From NCBI GenBank assembly GCA_964016885.1, contig CAXHJY010000792.1, positions 1 to 55,380 of the forward strand: a stretch of DNA of 55,380 bases. The letters are read 5' to 3'. The notes under the pieces were generated by a model that ran no database searches, was not told the DNA's origin, and worked only from the letters and a program-made list of their open reading frames with translations. Made by a program: the position numbers and the translations under genes. This stretch comes from Eledone cirrhosa (Eukaryota). Positions 14,817-32,408 of the stretch are shown here, piece after piece. Within the stretch, counting starts at the first letter, position 1. Every line of letters begins with the position of its first letter.

Positions 14817-16735
14817 TATGGGGGAACACTAAGGGAGTTATAGATTGGTTCTCCGGGATTAATAGACTTGAATCTAATAAGTTTATCCAATTCGATATTG
14901 ATGCCTACTACACATCAATTTCACCCATCCTCCTCAATAAAGCTTTAATGTTGGCCATGAGAGTGTCCAGCCTTACACGATCACAGGTAGATATTATACT
15001 AGCAGCCCGTAGAACTATTATTAATTTTGAGGACACATTTTGGACCCGTAAAAACACGCCCAATAATTTCGACGTTACAATGGGTTCGAGTGATTCGGCC
15101 CAGGTTACTGATCTTGTTGGGTTGTTCCTCCTTAATGAACTATATGCTACCTTCCCGCACCTTATAGGCGGACTATATCGTGATGATGCATTCTTTGTAA
15201 TAAACTCTAGCACCAACAATGTAGAACATAATAAGAAGAAGCTTTATAAGTTTTTTAAAAGCTATAACCTTTCGATCACGATAGATAGAAATGATAGAGC
15301 GGTTAACTTTTTAGATTTGACTTTGGACTTGGTCACTAATAGTTTTAAACCCTTCCATAAGCCTAATGAAATACTTTCTTATGTTAGTCCCAATTCTAAC
15401 CACCCCAAGTCTATGATAAGCTCTATAATTAAGGGTGTATCTAATAGGATTTCCACACTCTCTAAGGACGTAGGAACATTTAATGAACATGCGGAGTACT
15501 ATAATAATGCCCTAGCAAATTCAGGTTACTCTAGTAAAATACACTATAATAATAGTAACCTTAGAAAGTCTCCGTTTACTTTTAATAATAATAACATAAT
15601 ATCACATAACATGGCCATGAATGGGAGTAGCAAACATAGTAACCGTAAAAATTATATAGGTCTATCTGAACCCATCCATAAGTTAACCCACCGGACGCGT
15701 AATAGTTAATATAATACCTCTAGGAAACAAGTTGAACCCCCTGAGCGCTCACACATTGGTGATAATTTTGCTGAATCTTATTCTAATAATGTTGCTCCTA
15801 CTGATCCTATCATTGGCCCTAATCCTTATGATGGGATTCCGGACAGCAGCAGATCTACTGGAGGTAGAAACTGTAATAGACTTAATGAAATTTTGGCTGA
15901 TTCTATGAATGCGGCTTTAACTAATCCTTGTAGTAACCCTAGTCTCGATGGTGGGATATTTGATAATGGTAGAGTCGGTAAGAATAAAAATAGAAGGCGA
16001 TTAAATACTTATTTCAACCCGCCATATAATCAGGAAGTATCAACTAATATCCCTAGGTCTTTCTTCTCTATCTTAGAGAAAAATTTCCCCCCTTCTCATA
16101 AATACCATAGTATTTTTAATAAAAATGTTATTAAACTTTCATTCTCTACCACCCCTAATATTAGTTCTCATTTAGCTAGCACGAACAATAGGAAAATTAG
16201 GGATGGATTCTCCTCTCTACATACTACTCGTCTGAACAGATCTGGCAATGCATTACCACCAGAACAGTCCTTATCTAATAGCAATCCTACGTGTAATGCA
16301 TCACCACTTGAGCCAACCAATAACACCCGGAAGTGCAATTGTAGAGTGAGTGCTAACTGCCCTTTAAACGGTAACTGCCTTTCTAAGAACATTGACTATG
16401 CTTGCGAAGTTATAACTAATTCCTCTAATAGAACTTATATAGGCTCTACATCTAACACTTTTAAGACTAGGTTCAACTCTCATATCTCTAATTTCAAACA
16501 TGTTAAGTTTAAGAATTCTACTTCTTTAGCACATTATATCTGGGATCTTAAGGGAGCTAATATACCATATAGCCTTAACTGGCGTTTAGTAGCACGCTCT
16601 AACCACCTTTCTACGCATGCTAAGTTTTGTAATCTCTGTATCCTCGAGACACACTCTATAATTTTCTCTAGCGCATCCTTACTTAATAGAAAGTCTGAGA
16701 TATTCTCTTCTTGCCCCCACGCTATTTCTAATTAA
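14817..16735 (+). pseudogene. PLE RT / GIY-YIG ORF with one in-frame TAA (15707-15709)
   Basis: ORFs 14741-15709 and 15893-16735 share a frame and the gap is open. Motifs: FDIDAYY, GLYRDD, NFLDLTL, YFNPPY, CNCRVSANCPLNGNCL, YIGST, CNLC..E, LNRKSE..CPH. Confidence 0.9.
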
Positions 16736-18577
16736 TACTTTTATTATAAACCTAAACGTTCTAGTAGTACAAATTGTACCCATTAGCTGATATATTCCAT
16801 TATTTATTTTTTAGTTTAGGTTCTTTTGTTTGCCAACATTATTATTATCATTATTATTATCATTGGTTTTTGATGACTCTTTATTCTAGCTCTCATAATC
16901 TTTTGGCTACTGTACCATATCTATCTTCTTACGCATTAAATTTTCACTATTACACCTTATGAATGTATATATGATTATATATTTTACGCTATTTATTTTA
17001 TTTTATTCTTATTTTTATTTTTATTTTTATTCGGATTCTTCTTTGGATAACCCCCCCCCCCCCCATGCGCACATAAACTTATTGTCAACCCCTCCAAATT
17101 GACTATGATTATATTTAACCCCCCTCTTTTACGCTCCTTTCTATTATGTAATATAGTATATCGACTATATTTGATGCCCCTTTGCATCCTCCATATATTT
17201 CTTCATTTCTGTCCCTATTAGCCTACCTTAATTCTGCTGAAGTCAGTTTTTTAGATATCGTTATGTATATGATAGTAAAAAATGTTCATTCCTTTTTGTA
17301 AACATTTGTAACGAAATATTAACGTTTATAAACTTTAATGACTTAAACTATAGCTAATATTATACTGCCTTATTGGATAGTTTAAATATTTTTAATATTA
17401 ATTTATCAAATAGGGTTTTCGAGTCATTTACAGGGGTTGTTTCCTTAGTTTTTACTTAACTACTTAACTGCATGTGAGACCTAAATGTATACGTTTGTTT
17501 TTGTTTTTTAATTTCCGGTTGATTCTATTTATTTATTTTATTCTATATTTTATATTTTATATTTTATTTGTAATACTACTGTGCATTATATTTACCATCT
17601 GGCACTTACTCACTCATCCATATACATGTCTGTCTACCAACTTTGTAATTATAAGTAATTATATATTATATTATGTTAATTTATTTTATATAATATATTA
17701 TATTATATTGTATTTTTATTGTAATATTGCTCCTTATTACTTACCGTTAATTATATGTAACATTATGATACGTTAAACTTTATATATCATGTATATTTTT
17801 TGTACCATCAAAACTTTTTTTGGGGTATTGTACAATTTATTTTTCCTCACCTACTCTGTAACCCAGTATGAATTGATTTGTTAACTTGAGTACCATTATA
17901 TATTGTTTATTATAAATGTTAGTATATTGTATATTATAAATGTTAGTATATTATTATTATATTATTATTGTGACATCTATATTGTTTGTGTAAATTAACC
18001 GGAGATTATCTATTCTATTATATTGTATTATATAGTATATAATTGTATTGTTTATTATTTATTATATGTGCTACTTATAATTATATCATATTATTACCTC
18101 ATGTATATTGGGTAGATGTATTAGTATTATTATTATTATTATTATTTTCATTCCTATCATGCTTATTTTTATATTCAAACTCTTAATAAGGTTTAATTTG
18201 TGCAGTTGAAGATGGATGTGTGTATTGTTGTATGTGTATGTGTGTGTACGTGTGCGCACATATATACATATGCATATTGTACCTTTTGATTTTTATTGTA
18301 ATTTTAATGTTGGTAAAGGTATATTATATTATATTATATTATATTACATTGTATTATATATAATTACTGCTCTATATAACCACCTTTGTTTAGCTCTAGG
18401 TTTTTTGGCTTTGGACTATATTTGTAATATGGTTCTTAATGTTATATACATCCTTAGTAATTTTTATTATATATTTTTATTATTTTTATTATATATTTTT
18501 GCAATACTTTAGTGTATGTACACTCCATATTCTTCGGAGCTTCCGGCTTGTATCTGCCGATATTACTTCTTGTTGGT

Positions 18578-18627
18578 TTAATTGCCCTGATGAGTCCTTA
18601 ATAGAACGAAACATTGTCGGCTAATAA
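18578..18627 (+). ncRNA. Minimal type I hammerhead ribozyme
   Basis: gcc-CTGATGA-gtcct taat agaac-GAAAC-att-GTC-ggc, with one stem II mismatch relative to the 39639 copy. Confidence 0.85.
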
Positions 18628-18666
18628 AGACTTTTGATGTATTGAAGGCTTCTATGTTTTACTCTT

Positions 18667-18752
<86 letters not shown>

Positions 18753-18825
18753 CATACATATATATATATATACATACATATATATATATATATATACATA
18801 CATATATATATATATATATACATAC

Positions 18826-18991
<166 letters not shown>

Positions 18992-19076
18992 GCAAAAGTT
19001 CTATTTAAATTGTTGGGATACAACAAGCAAATATTATTATAACTGATATAAAGCACTCGACAAATATTTGGAGTAG

Positions 19077-19485
<409 letters not shown>

Positions 19486-19499
19486 TATATATATATATT

Positions 19500-19529
<30 letters not shown>

Positions 19530-19530
<1 letters not shown>

Positions 19531-21259
19531 GTAGTGACCTACATTTCGCGGGCTCACATACATTCTCTGTGCGTGATTTGGCTCAGTTCAGCCAATCAGC
19601 GCCAGTAGAAGAGGATGTATCCCTACGCGCCCTGAGGAAGACATTCCCCGCGAAGATTTGAAGAATCTCTCTCTTGTACCGGAAACTTCAAGCCAGCAAC
19701 ACGCATAATGTAACGGTGAGATCTTGCACCCTAGCCTCGCCGGCTTAACGGCGCAATGGCACATTCCCTTTTGTAACCTCTTTTTATCTATAACTTCAAC
19801 CATATAAGTTAACAAACATTGTTTGTACTACATCAAAAATAAACATACATTTCATCACATATTTCTTTGTAGAATGCATTTACTTGTTTTGTGCTCTTTT
19901 GCTATTTGCTTGCTAATGGTTTTTGTTCATTCACATTCTTTGCTGTATTACATGCCTGCATATGCACACATTTTTTTTATCACACACCAACATGTTGTTC
20001 TTGGTATATGTTCTTCAAACGTAATATTCTGCGAGTCCCTTTTCACCTGGTTGAGATGCTGTCACATGCTAGCAGCTCACAGAGCTTAATCCACTGGATT
20101 CAAACAGGCACCGCAACACGAGAATACTAATTGCAGCTGAACTCAAACAGCTTCGCATCTCGTTGCACACTGATCGTCCATGACGGCCATCCGTCTTGTT
20201 GTTTTTGCCCGACTCGCTGGGAAAGCAACAGATTAAACTGGACTTGTCAGCATTTCGGCCACTTCTGTGGATTCGCCCGAATTATGGAATTTACACTGCA
20301 ACCCACCTACAGATTAAACTTGCTTTTTTTTTCTTTACAAAGCAACCAGCCATTTTTTTCCTGGCTCCACAGCACATTCGACAATACATCTGGGAGCCAT
20401 CATTTTCTCGCCAGCACTGGTAAACTACCATAATAGCTTCGTTCACAGCTACTGGTACAACGCTTACCATTAACATTTAATGCGAGAACAGCAACTTCGC
20501 CCATGTCAGACTTTATCTGTTTTCTGGTAGGCCCTTGAGGGTCTGGTTTAAACTACAAAACAGCTAGTCATTTGACAGCGGCTCAACACGGCCCGTCGCG
20601 CCTAATTTTTTTTTGTTCTTGCATGAATCTTTCTGCTCAATTATTTTTTCACTAATGTGCTCTTTCAGCATTTGTTCTTGCTGATTCAATATGTGGGTCC
20701 TTGGTTTCTTCGTTATCGATTTTCGGCTGAAAATCTGGTCGGAGGTGATGTAGTGACCTACATTCCGCGGGCTCACATACATTCTCTGTGCGTGATTTGG
20801 CTCAGTTCAGCCAATCAGCGCCAGTAGAAGAGGATGTATCCCTACGCGCCCTGAGGAAGAAATTCCCCGCGAAGATTTGAAGAATCTCTCTCTTGTACCG
20901 GAAACTTCAAGCCAGCAACACGCATAATGTAACGGTGAGATCTTGCACCCTAGCCTCGCCGGCTTAACGGCGCAATGGCACATTCCCTTTTGTAACCTCT
21001 TTTTTTCTGTAACTTCAACCATATAAGTTAACAAACATTGTTTGTACTACATCAAAAATAAACATACATTTCATCTCTAATTACTGCTGTTGAAATCATT
21101 ATTATGTTACTCGTGTCTCAATAACATATATAACCCATGCTGCTGGAATTGGCGACCTGACGAAAGGAATATTGTAAATAGATGGTAAATAGATCGAGGG
21201 ACCTTCCCTCACGTCTATGTCAACAAGATAATCCAACGAGGATACTATCACTTACCACA
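19530..21259 (+). mobile_element. LTR-retrotransposon relic (partial LTR, internal segment, longer LTR)
   Basis: Near-identical direct repeat, 19530-19856 vs 20749-21075, starting TGTAGTGA. Purine-rich ggaggtga precedes copy 2. AATAAA present. Possible LTR end TTACCACA at 21259, followed by c-TGGCAAC. Confidence 0.55.
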
Positions 21260-21354
21260 CTGGCAACTAACGACCTTCAATCATCTACGCTGTTAAAGTG
21301 GCGACTACTCGATAGCCAATACTGCTAAATATATAATCATATATATATATATGA

Positions 21355-23995
21355 TATCATCGGTAATATCAGCAAAAAGATTATTGATCGTATCATTCCG
21401 CAAATTAAAAAATGTGTAACACTTCCACTATGGGATAACACTTCCCAAATTATTGAATGATTCACTAGCATTGGGAATACAAACTCAGCTTCATTCATTC
21501 AATTCTTACTATTCTTCGATTTCTCCAATTCTTTTAAACAAAGCCCTGATCTTCGCAAGAAATAGATCGGATTTCAACGTCATAACTCACGCTAGAAAAA
21601 CCTTACTAAACTTCCAAGAAGAATACTGGACAAGAATCACATATAACAACTTATTCGATATTACGATGGGATCCATGGACTCTGCTCAAGTTACAGACCT
21701 CGTTAGACTATTTCTCCTCTATAATATTCATGACTCTTTTCCCCACCTCAAAGGTCGTTTTTATCGGGATGATTGTCTATTGTTATCTAACAATCTTAGC
21801 AATTCCAATATAGAGAAAAACAAAAAACAAATTAGAAAATTCCTCAAGGACTATTACAGCCTTAGCATCACTTTTGAAAACACTTCAAAAGAAGCTAATT
21901 TCCTTGATGTTACCGTAGACCTCTCTACAAATACTTATCAACCTTACCACAAACCCAACCAGTATCTACATTATGTACATTCACGATCTAACCACCGTGG
22001 CTCTATACTCAAGAACTTAGTATATAACATATCTCTTAGACTTTCTAAATTATCTTCCAATGAAGATATTATTTTATAATAATTGTTTCTACGTTAGGCA
22101 CAAGGCCAGCAAATACTCAGTGTATTACTGGTACTTTATTTTATCGACCTCGTAAGGATGAAAGGCAAAGTTAACCTCGGCGGGATTTGAACTCAGAATA
22201 GCAAGGGTCGTAACTCTATGCGTCAAAGCATGGCGTCCGACTCTCTACCAATACTGCCAATCCACCGCAATTCTACAACGAGACCTTAACTAGAAGTGGG
22301 TATAAAGAAAAAAATCTCATATATCCCCAACACTACTATGAACCAAAATATAAAACCTAGCAGAAACTACAAACACCAAAAAATACCATTGAAACAAATA
22401 CTTAAAGTAGTTATTCCTATTACACCAAACAACCGAAAAACCACAACAACTATTACTACACGATCTATGACCAATGTTATCAACCCACATATGAATACCA
22501 AGCACACAAAATCTCATAATCTACCCAATAATAACACCAAATACAACCACGGTAATTTACAAAATTCCACAAATAAGGATACTAACCATAGGAATTATTC
22601 TATAACACAACACAATAATATAAGTGGTAATAAGAACTTAACTAAAAACCGCAAAAGAAACATAACATAGTACAACTCACCCTTCAACTGCAAACTATTG
22701 GACAAATCCCCAAAACATTCTTTGAAATTCTACATAAACTTTTTCCACCAAACCACAGATACCACCAAATATTTAACAGATATACTGTTAAATTCTCATA
22801 CTCTACATCAAGCAATCTCCAGCAAAGAATAAATAACTACAACATTTATAAACTTAAAAATAATATGACTACACCACCACAACATAATTTAAATAGGACT
22901 GCACCTTTTAAAAAAGCAAATAATACCATCCTTCAACCTAGAAAACACAACCACCCAAATCACCAACACAAAAACAACAGAACACAAAATCACAATACAG
23001 CCCTAGCACCAAACCACCCACAAAGCAACCTTCATTCTCCTGCTATCATTAATTACAATAGGAATAGCTCAAGGATTAATGAGAATAGTATAGGCACACC
23101 CAACAACCATCTTACGTATGGCTGTAATTGCAGAAATAGAAGCATTTGCCCCTTAAATGGAAACTGTTTGATTAATAATGTAATATATAAATGTACTGTG
23201 TCTACTACAGACTCCAACAAAACATATATAGGATCTACATCAAACACATTTAAAAGATTTTATGCACACTCTAGTAGTTTCAACAATACTAAACTTGCTA
23301 ACACCACATCTTTAGCTGAAGCGGCAAATAATTATAAAAAGAAAAAAATAAAGATTTCAAGTTATCGTGGAACACCATTCTACAAAGAACTCCATATCTT
23401 GGGAACAGGAGGGAATGCAGATTATGTTCAGGAGAGATCTTGGAAATTACTAAATCTAAGGACGATTTATGAAATAAAAGGCAGGAACTGATCATAGTTT
23501 GTAATAACCGTACACGGAGAACATTTAAATACTATAAACCTAATTAAATATTCTAAATAGCAACTCACTATAAGTCTATAACATTTATTAGTACCCCTTT
23601 CCCCTAATTATATGCATTCATGCTGATTTTTTTACCTTTTAATGTTTTAGCTTCCTTAGGTTTATGCGTTAATGACTAAAGGCAACAAGGTACACAACCA
23701 ACCGTAATTGCATGAGTAAACATATATCTATGTATGATATGGAAATATGTTTATGTGTGTGTATATGTATATTTATGTATATGTATATATGTATATATGT
23801 ATATATATATGTATATGTATATGTATGTGTGTGTGTGTATGTGTGTATATATATATGTCTGTTTGTATGTGTGTATATGTGAGTATATTTGTATGATTGT
23901 TTATATATGAGTGTGTGTACATGTATGAGGAGTGTACATACACACACATATATATATATGTATGTATATATATGTGTATATATATATATATATAT

Positions 23996-24080
<85 letters not shown>

Positions 24081-25036
24081 GGTATAGGTGTGTATGTGTA
24101 GATATAGATATGTATAGATATATGTGTATATGATTATGTGCACATGTGTAAATGTGTATTTAGGTTTGCATCTATTTGTGCGTATGTATATTTTTGGTTG
24201 GATATCAATATAACTGTACCTCTCTATTTATACATAAACATACTTGATAGTATTTTAGAGCGTATCATATGCTGTATTATACTAAGTGCAATTTACCACA
24301 TCGTACTATATTGTGTTGGTTATGCTGTATATTATCGCAATACTGTATTTCATTATCTTATTATAATTTTCATCTTTTAATATACTATCTTTCCTAGCCA
24401 TAACCTTAATTTATATTCACCTAAAAACCCAATACAACACTAATCACCATTTATTTTTACATTCCTTTTAAACTTCACTATACCAGATACATTCAACTAT
24501 CAGTTTGACATTCCCTTTCATCCTAATTGAGTTTTATCCCAATTCTACTATTAACACCATTCAACCATTCCTTTCAAAGGGTCATGACCTCAACTAAAGT
24601 GTATTACTTTTTATCTTAACACCATATGAAAAAAACAATTTGATTGGTTACTTCTTCAACTACCTTCAAATAAGGACATGATACTAACATACTACTAATT
24701 CTGAATAAAATTATTTTTGCTTTTGAAAACAGCTGGTGATATGCATGTAAGTAAATATTCTCTTTATCTGATATTTTGTAACTAACCTTACAGAGATCAA
24801 TAACGGAGTATAGATACAATGTATTATCATTAACCTAGAAACGATCGTAAAGCAGTAAAGTATATCTATAATGACTTGATGTTTTATTTCATTGTTTTAA
24901 CTTATATCATGACTCTGTTTTCCTTTTAATGTTTTATTGTTTTCCGGGATTTATCTTAACCTAAAACATTTTCAACATATGGATTACATCGAGTTCTTTA
25001 TACAGAATAGACCCCACAACTTACTGTGGATATCTC

Positions 25037-25047
<11 letters not shown>
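21355..25047 (+). mobile_element. Decayed Penelope-like element #3
   Basis: FDITMGSMDSAQVTDLV, FYRDD, NFLDVT, SNH, CNCRNRSICPLNGNCL and YIGST, with several frameshifts. The 3' UTR is homologous to 39900-41505. Confidence 0.85.
22076..22268 (-). mobile_element. tRNA-derived SINE inserted in PLE #3
   Basis: Minus strand has A-box TGGCAGTATTGG, B-box GAGTTCAAATCC and core gcctttcatcct..gtcgataaaataaagtacc. It interrupts the ORF between NEDII and FYNETL. Confidence 0.88.
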
Positions 25048-25111
<64 letters not shown>

Positions 25112-25122
25112 ATATATATATG

Positions 25123-25206
<84 letters not shown>

Positions 25207-25226
25207 TATATGTATATATATATATG

Positions 25227-25390
<164 letters not shown>

Positions 25391-25399
25391 TGTATATAC

Positions 25400-25433
<34 letters not shown>

Positions 25434-25438
<5 letters not shown>

Positions 25439-27045
25439 AACCAGTAAGACCCCGACAGCTGAGCTCAAGCCGTTTCGACGGCTAACACTGGACTAAATGA
25501 AAATTTATCCTGGTATTTAAATAGCCGATCTTCTCAAGGGGTAATTCCATATATGGTCAAAGTGATTGTCAAAAATCAGTAGTAATTCTGTGGTTGCAAA
25601 TTAGTAGGGGAGATGGTGGCTAAACCTGCCAGTAGGAGAAAGAGGGGAGGGGGTGGAGTAGACCCAATCAAGCGTTGGTAGTGCCAGCTACAGCTGGGCA
25701 TGAGGTCAAAGAAGATACAGGGGAGGGGGAGGGGGGGGAAGTCGGAACGGTAGGTAGAACAATGGGGGGTAGAAATAGGAAAGAAAAAATACTGAGAGTG
25801 AAGAAAAGCAAATAAGTGTAAAGAAAAAAGTAAAGTAAATTAAATTCTACGACCTAGGTGTCAGGCTATTGTTAGGCTAGAATAAAATAAAGAAAGAAAG
25901 AAAGAAGTAAATAAATAAATAAATAAATAAATAACGAAATAAGTAAAAGAACTAGGTGGGACGAAATAGGCAAGGACCCTTTTAAGAGGTATAAGTACGT
26001 AAATGATACGGTGACGGGTCAACAAAAGGGGCCAAAATACTAAAGAGACTACCACGAAATAAACAATAAAGGCTTCCATCCCGGGCCAGCAACGACCCAG
26101 TGCAGCAAAGTGAACTTGTACGAGATAATAATTCTGAGTCCCGAGAAAAATATATACTAATGCTAACTCTAAAAGATCTAAAACAAGCTACATGAAGGTT
26201 CGTACGAAATAAAGGTAGAATACGGAGAAATAAATTCAGAATCCACCCCGCCCAGAAGAAAAGCGAAGCAAGAAATACTGAAACGAAAAAATAAGGCATA
26301 AGTGCCACTAAGAAATATAGAGGGCACAGAGAATAGTGGGAGCGGTCGGAAAAAGGGGGCAAGTATCCGGGGTCTAAGCCAACTGCTATAAAGGGCGGAG
26401 TCCGCCAAATCTATCATAGACTAGGGTCCTTGCCTATTTCGTCCCACCTAGTTCTTTTACTTATTTCGTTATTTATTTATTTATTTATTTATTTACTTCT
26501 TTCTTTCTTTCTTTATTTTATTCTAGCCTAACAATAGCCTGACACCTAGGTCGTAGAATTTAATTTACTTTACTTTTTTCTTTACACTTATTTGCTTTTC
26601 TTCACTCTCAGTATTTTTTCTTTCCTATTTCTACCCCCCATTGTTCTACCTACCGTTCCGACTTCCTCCCCCTCCCCCTCCCCTGTATCTTCTTTGACCT
26701 CATGCCCAGCTGTAGCTGGCACTACCAACGCTTGATTGGGTCTACTCCACCCCCTCCCCTCTTTCTCCTACTGGTAGGTTTAGCCACCATCTCCCCTACT
26801 AATTTGCAACCACAGAATTACTACTGATTTTTGACAATCACTTTGACCATATATGGAATTACCCCTTGAGAAGATCGGCTATTTAAATACCAGGATAAAT
26901 TTTCATTTAGTCCAGAATTAGCCGTCGAAACGGCTTGAGCTCAGCTGTCGGGGTCTTACTGGTTCCTATTACCCACTCTACTACCTCAAGTATTGAGTAC
27001 TTTGGTGCGTTATGGTCCACCTGGTTCCTTACCACATTTCCTTCG

Positions 27046-27048
<3 letters not shown>
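25434..27048. mobile_element. Non-coding element with ~545-bp inverted arms and an ~80-nt one-sided tail (PLE-type insertion)
   Basis: 25434-25980 is the reverse complement of 26423-26969. Tail at 26970-27048. (TA)n on both sides. Confidence 0.75.
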
Positions 27049-27588
<540 letters not shown>

Positions 27589-27661
27589 GATAAGCAGAAC
27601 AAGTAAAATTCAATCAATTTTTCAAAATACATTAAAAAATATAATATGAATATTTACCTCT

Positions 27662-27766
27662 CCTAGTGGCCCTTACTGATCAGTTTCGCTTTGTAAAACC
27701 TCGTAAATCCGATGGATTTATGATGGAAAACCAAAGCTCATCAGAGAACCATTTTCCCTTCCTAGG
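27662..27766 (-). ncRNA. Type I hammerhead ribozyme in an isolated ~290-bp insertion (27587-27873)
   Basis: Stem I ggttct/agggcc; CTGATGA (27738-27744); stem II gctttg/caaagc plus taaatcc/ggattta; GAAAC-TGATCA-GTA. Confidence 0.88.
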
Positions 27767-27870
27767 GCTAAACGTCCCAGGAAGGACAAAATATACAACC
27801 TCCTGCCAGCTAATAAAGGTCTGAAAGGTCGTAAAATTGACCCGTATGTAAACTGGACCGAAGTATTAAC

Positions 27871-28633
<763 letters not shown>

Positions 28634-28635
28634 TG

Positions 28636-29230
28636 ACAGAACTTATGTTTACCGAAATCGCAGACCAGACCCCTTCTTCTTCCCCCCGTTAGACCTGTGC
28701 GAAATTCTTTCCTTGCTCACATTTCAACCAGGTTTGATGGTCCTTATTCTCTCGTTCACGATTTCACCGAGTTTATATTCATAGACATCTGGGACTTGTC
28801 TCTTTCTTCTCACTTTCTGTTGCTTAAACCATTTTGTTTGTTCACCCTAGCGTCCCCTTTATTTACGTGTCCCAACGACTTTTTTAGCCGTTGCTCGCAC
28901 CAACCTGAGGTATATGGCCTTTCAAGCGATGAAATGCCTACGACGGTTGGAAGGCCACTGATGAAGAACTTACTTTTTCATATGTAACACATTTGCAACG
29001 CCGCAGCTCCATTATTATCATATTTACACATATATTTTTTCTTCTGCTGCCACCCGTCTGTTTCGTTCTTTGTATCTTTACCGTTTCTAGCAGTCTCTCT
29101 CTCTCTGTTAGCCTCTTCCTCGACTTTCACTCACTCATTCTCTGTCACTACCTTTCCTCCTCCTCCTCTTTCTTCCCGTTTGACCTGTCCGAATTCTTTT
29201 CTCGCGCGTTCTGGGCCAAGCCGGTATGAA

Positions 29231-29289
<59 letters not shown>

Positions 29290-29733
29290 CTATCTATCTA
29301 TCTATCTCTCTCTCTCTCTCTCTCTCTCGTCTGCAACTTCACAGAACTTATGTTTACCGAATTCGCAGACCAGACCCCTTCTTCTTCCCCCCGTTTGACC
29401 TGTGCGAAATTCTTTCCTTGCTCACATTTCAACCAGGTTTGATGGTCTTTATTCTCTCGTTCACGATTTCACCGAGTTTATATTCATAGAAATCTGGGAC
29501 TTGTCTCTTTCTTCTCACTTTCTGTTGCTTAAACCATTTTGTTTGTTCACCCTAGCGTCCCCTTTATTTACGTGTCCCAGCGACTTTTTTTAGCCGTTGT
29601 TCGCACCAACCTGAGGTATATGGCCTTTAAAGCGATGAAATGCCTACGACGGTTGGAAGGCCACTGATGAAGGACTTACTTTTTCATATGTAACCCATCT
29701 GCAACGCCGCAGCTCCATTATTATCATATTTAC
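28636..29733 (+). mobile_element. Non-coding partial tandem element (period ~705 bp, ~393-bp direct repeats)
   Basis: 28636-29029 matches 29341-29733. (TA)n on both sides. A further fragment lies at 53745-53842. Confidence 0.65.
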
Positions 29734-30765
<1,032 letters not shown>

Positions 30766-30773
30766 ATGTATTA

Positions 30774-31383
30774 TGTCAGGTCACCAGTTGGTGCTACTGG
30801 TAACATGTATCCCAGTACAACCTGTCTCATGGTCGGGTCGTTGGCGACTAAACTGGCAACCCCACCAAGGTCTCTTGGTGAGGAGGGTGACTTTGGACAT
30901 CCTGCAGGACTAAAAACAAAACCTGTCAAAGGGCAAGGGAGCTCTTAAGAGTCAATAGCCATCCAAAATCACCGGGAGAGATGACCCCTTAGCCTTTGTC
31001 AAGGCAGAATTCTAGGAGAAGGAAAACTCTGATATAACACCTGCAACCCTGACGGTATCCAATGATGTTGACTTGTTCTTCTTTTTGGTAAATATCATCT
31101 TGGTTAAGAGAGTGGGACTGGCTTTGTGCAGTGCCTTTGCTCACTATAAAAGCTTCACAGCACAGGCATTGCTTTATATCTGGAGATCTCTCTGCACTTG
31201 TCATCACATGGTACCATGGCCCCTGCACTATGTGTCAATAATGGTCACAAGTGTAGTCTTTGTACCAGAGTTTTCAAGTCGCTGGCTGGACTAAAAAGTC
31301 ACATTCGTTCAGCGCATCGGTAGGGGTTCTCCTACATGGATATAAAGTAGTGGCCGTACTCGAAAACGAGTTGGCAGCCACCA
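30774..31383 (+). mobile_element. Full-length ~610-bp bipartite RTE-derived non-autonomous retroelement
   Basis: RTE-like GC-rich 5' leader, no RT, 3' C2H2 finger remnant and terminal stem-loop. Same boundaries as 32409-33006. Confidence 0.7.
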
Positions 31384-31418
31384 TATAAATGTATATATAT
31401 ATATATATATATATATAA

Positions 31419-31632
<214 letters not shown>

Positions 31633-31657
31633 GTATATATATATATTTATATATGTA

Positions 31658-31706
<49 letters not shown>

Positions 31707-31728
31707 GTATATATATATATATATATAT

Positions 31729-31816
31729 ATAGGAACGAGTAGGACGCTGGGGTCCTACTCGTTCCTATTACCCACTCTACTACCCTAAGTATTGAGTACT
31801 TTGGTGCGTTATGGTC

Positions 31817-31818
<2 letters not shown>
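31729..31818 (+). mobile_element. Mini hairpin-plus-tail element, relative of 25434-27048
   Basis: 17-bp hairpin ataggaacgagtaggac/gtcctactcgttcctat plus the shared tail. Confidence 0.7.
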
Positions 31819-31906
<88 letters not shown>

Positions 31907-31927
31907 CATACATATATATGTATATAT

Positions 31928-31972
<45 letters not shown>

Positions 31973-31997
31973 CATACATATATATGTATATATATAT

Positions 31998-32084
<87 letters not shown>

Positions 32085-32107
32085 CATACATATATATATA
32101 TATATAT

Positions 32108-32162
<55 letters not shown>

Positions 32163-32181
32163 CATACATATATATATATAT

Positions 32182-32232
<51 letters not shown>

Positions 32233-32257
32233 CATATATATATATATATATACATAC

Positions 32258-32348
<91 letters not shown>

Positions 32349-32408
32349 CATATATATATATACATACATACATATATAAATATATATATACATATATATA
32401 TATATACA

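Larger units (their letters stand above)
14817..18670 (+). mobile_element. 5'-truncated Penelope-like element #2 with a ~1.9-kb 3' UTR
   Basis: RT-EN ORF, an HHR at 18587, AATAAA at 18623, and termination in (TA)n. Confidence 0.88.

Noticed and set aside
24758-24810. Possible hammerhead in the PLE #3 3' UTR (CTGATAT..GAGA; copy at about 41230)
   Set aside because: The core deviates at several invariant positions in both copies and the stems are inconsistent.
28915-28964. SECIS or box C/D snoRNA (ATGA-AA..GA; TGATGA)
   Set aside because: No SECIS helix II spacing, no linked UGA-containing ORF, and no downstream box D with a terminal stem.
30779-30920. HDV-like ribozyme at the 5' end of the RTE-derived element (GGTCACC/GGTGACT)
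   Set aside because: A P1-like helix exists, but L3, P1.1 and P2 could not be assigned.
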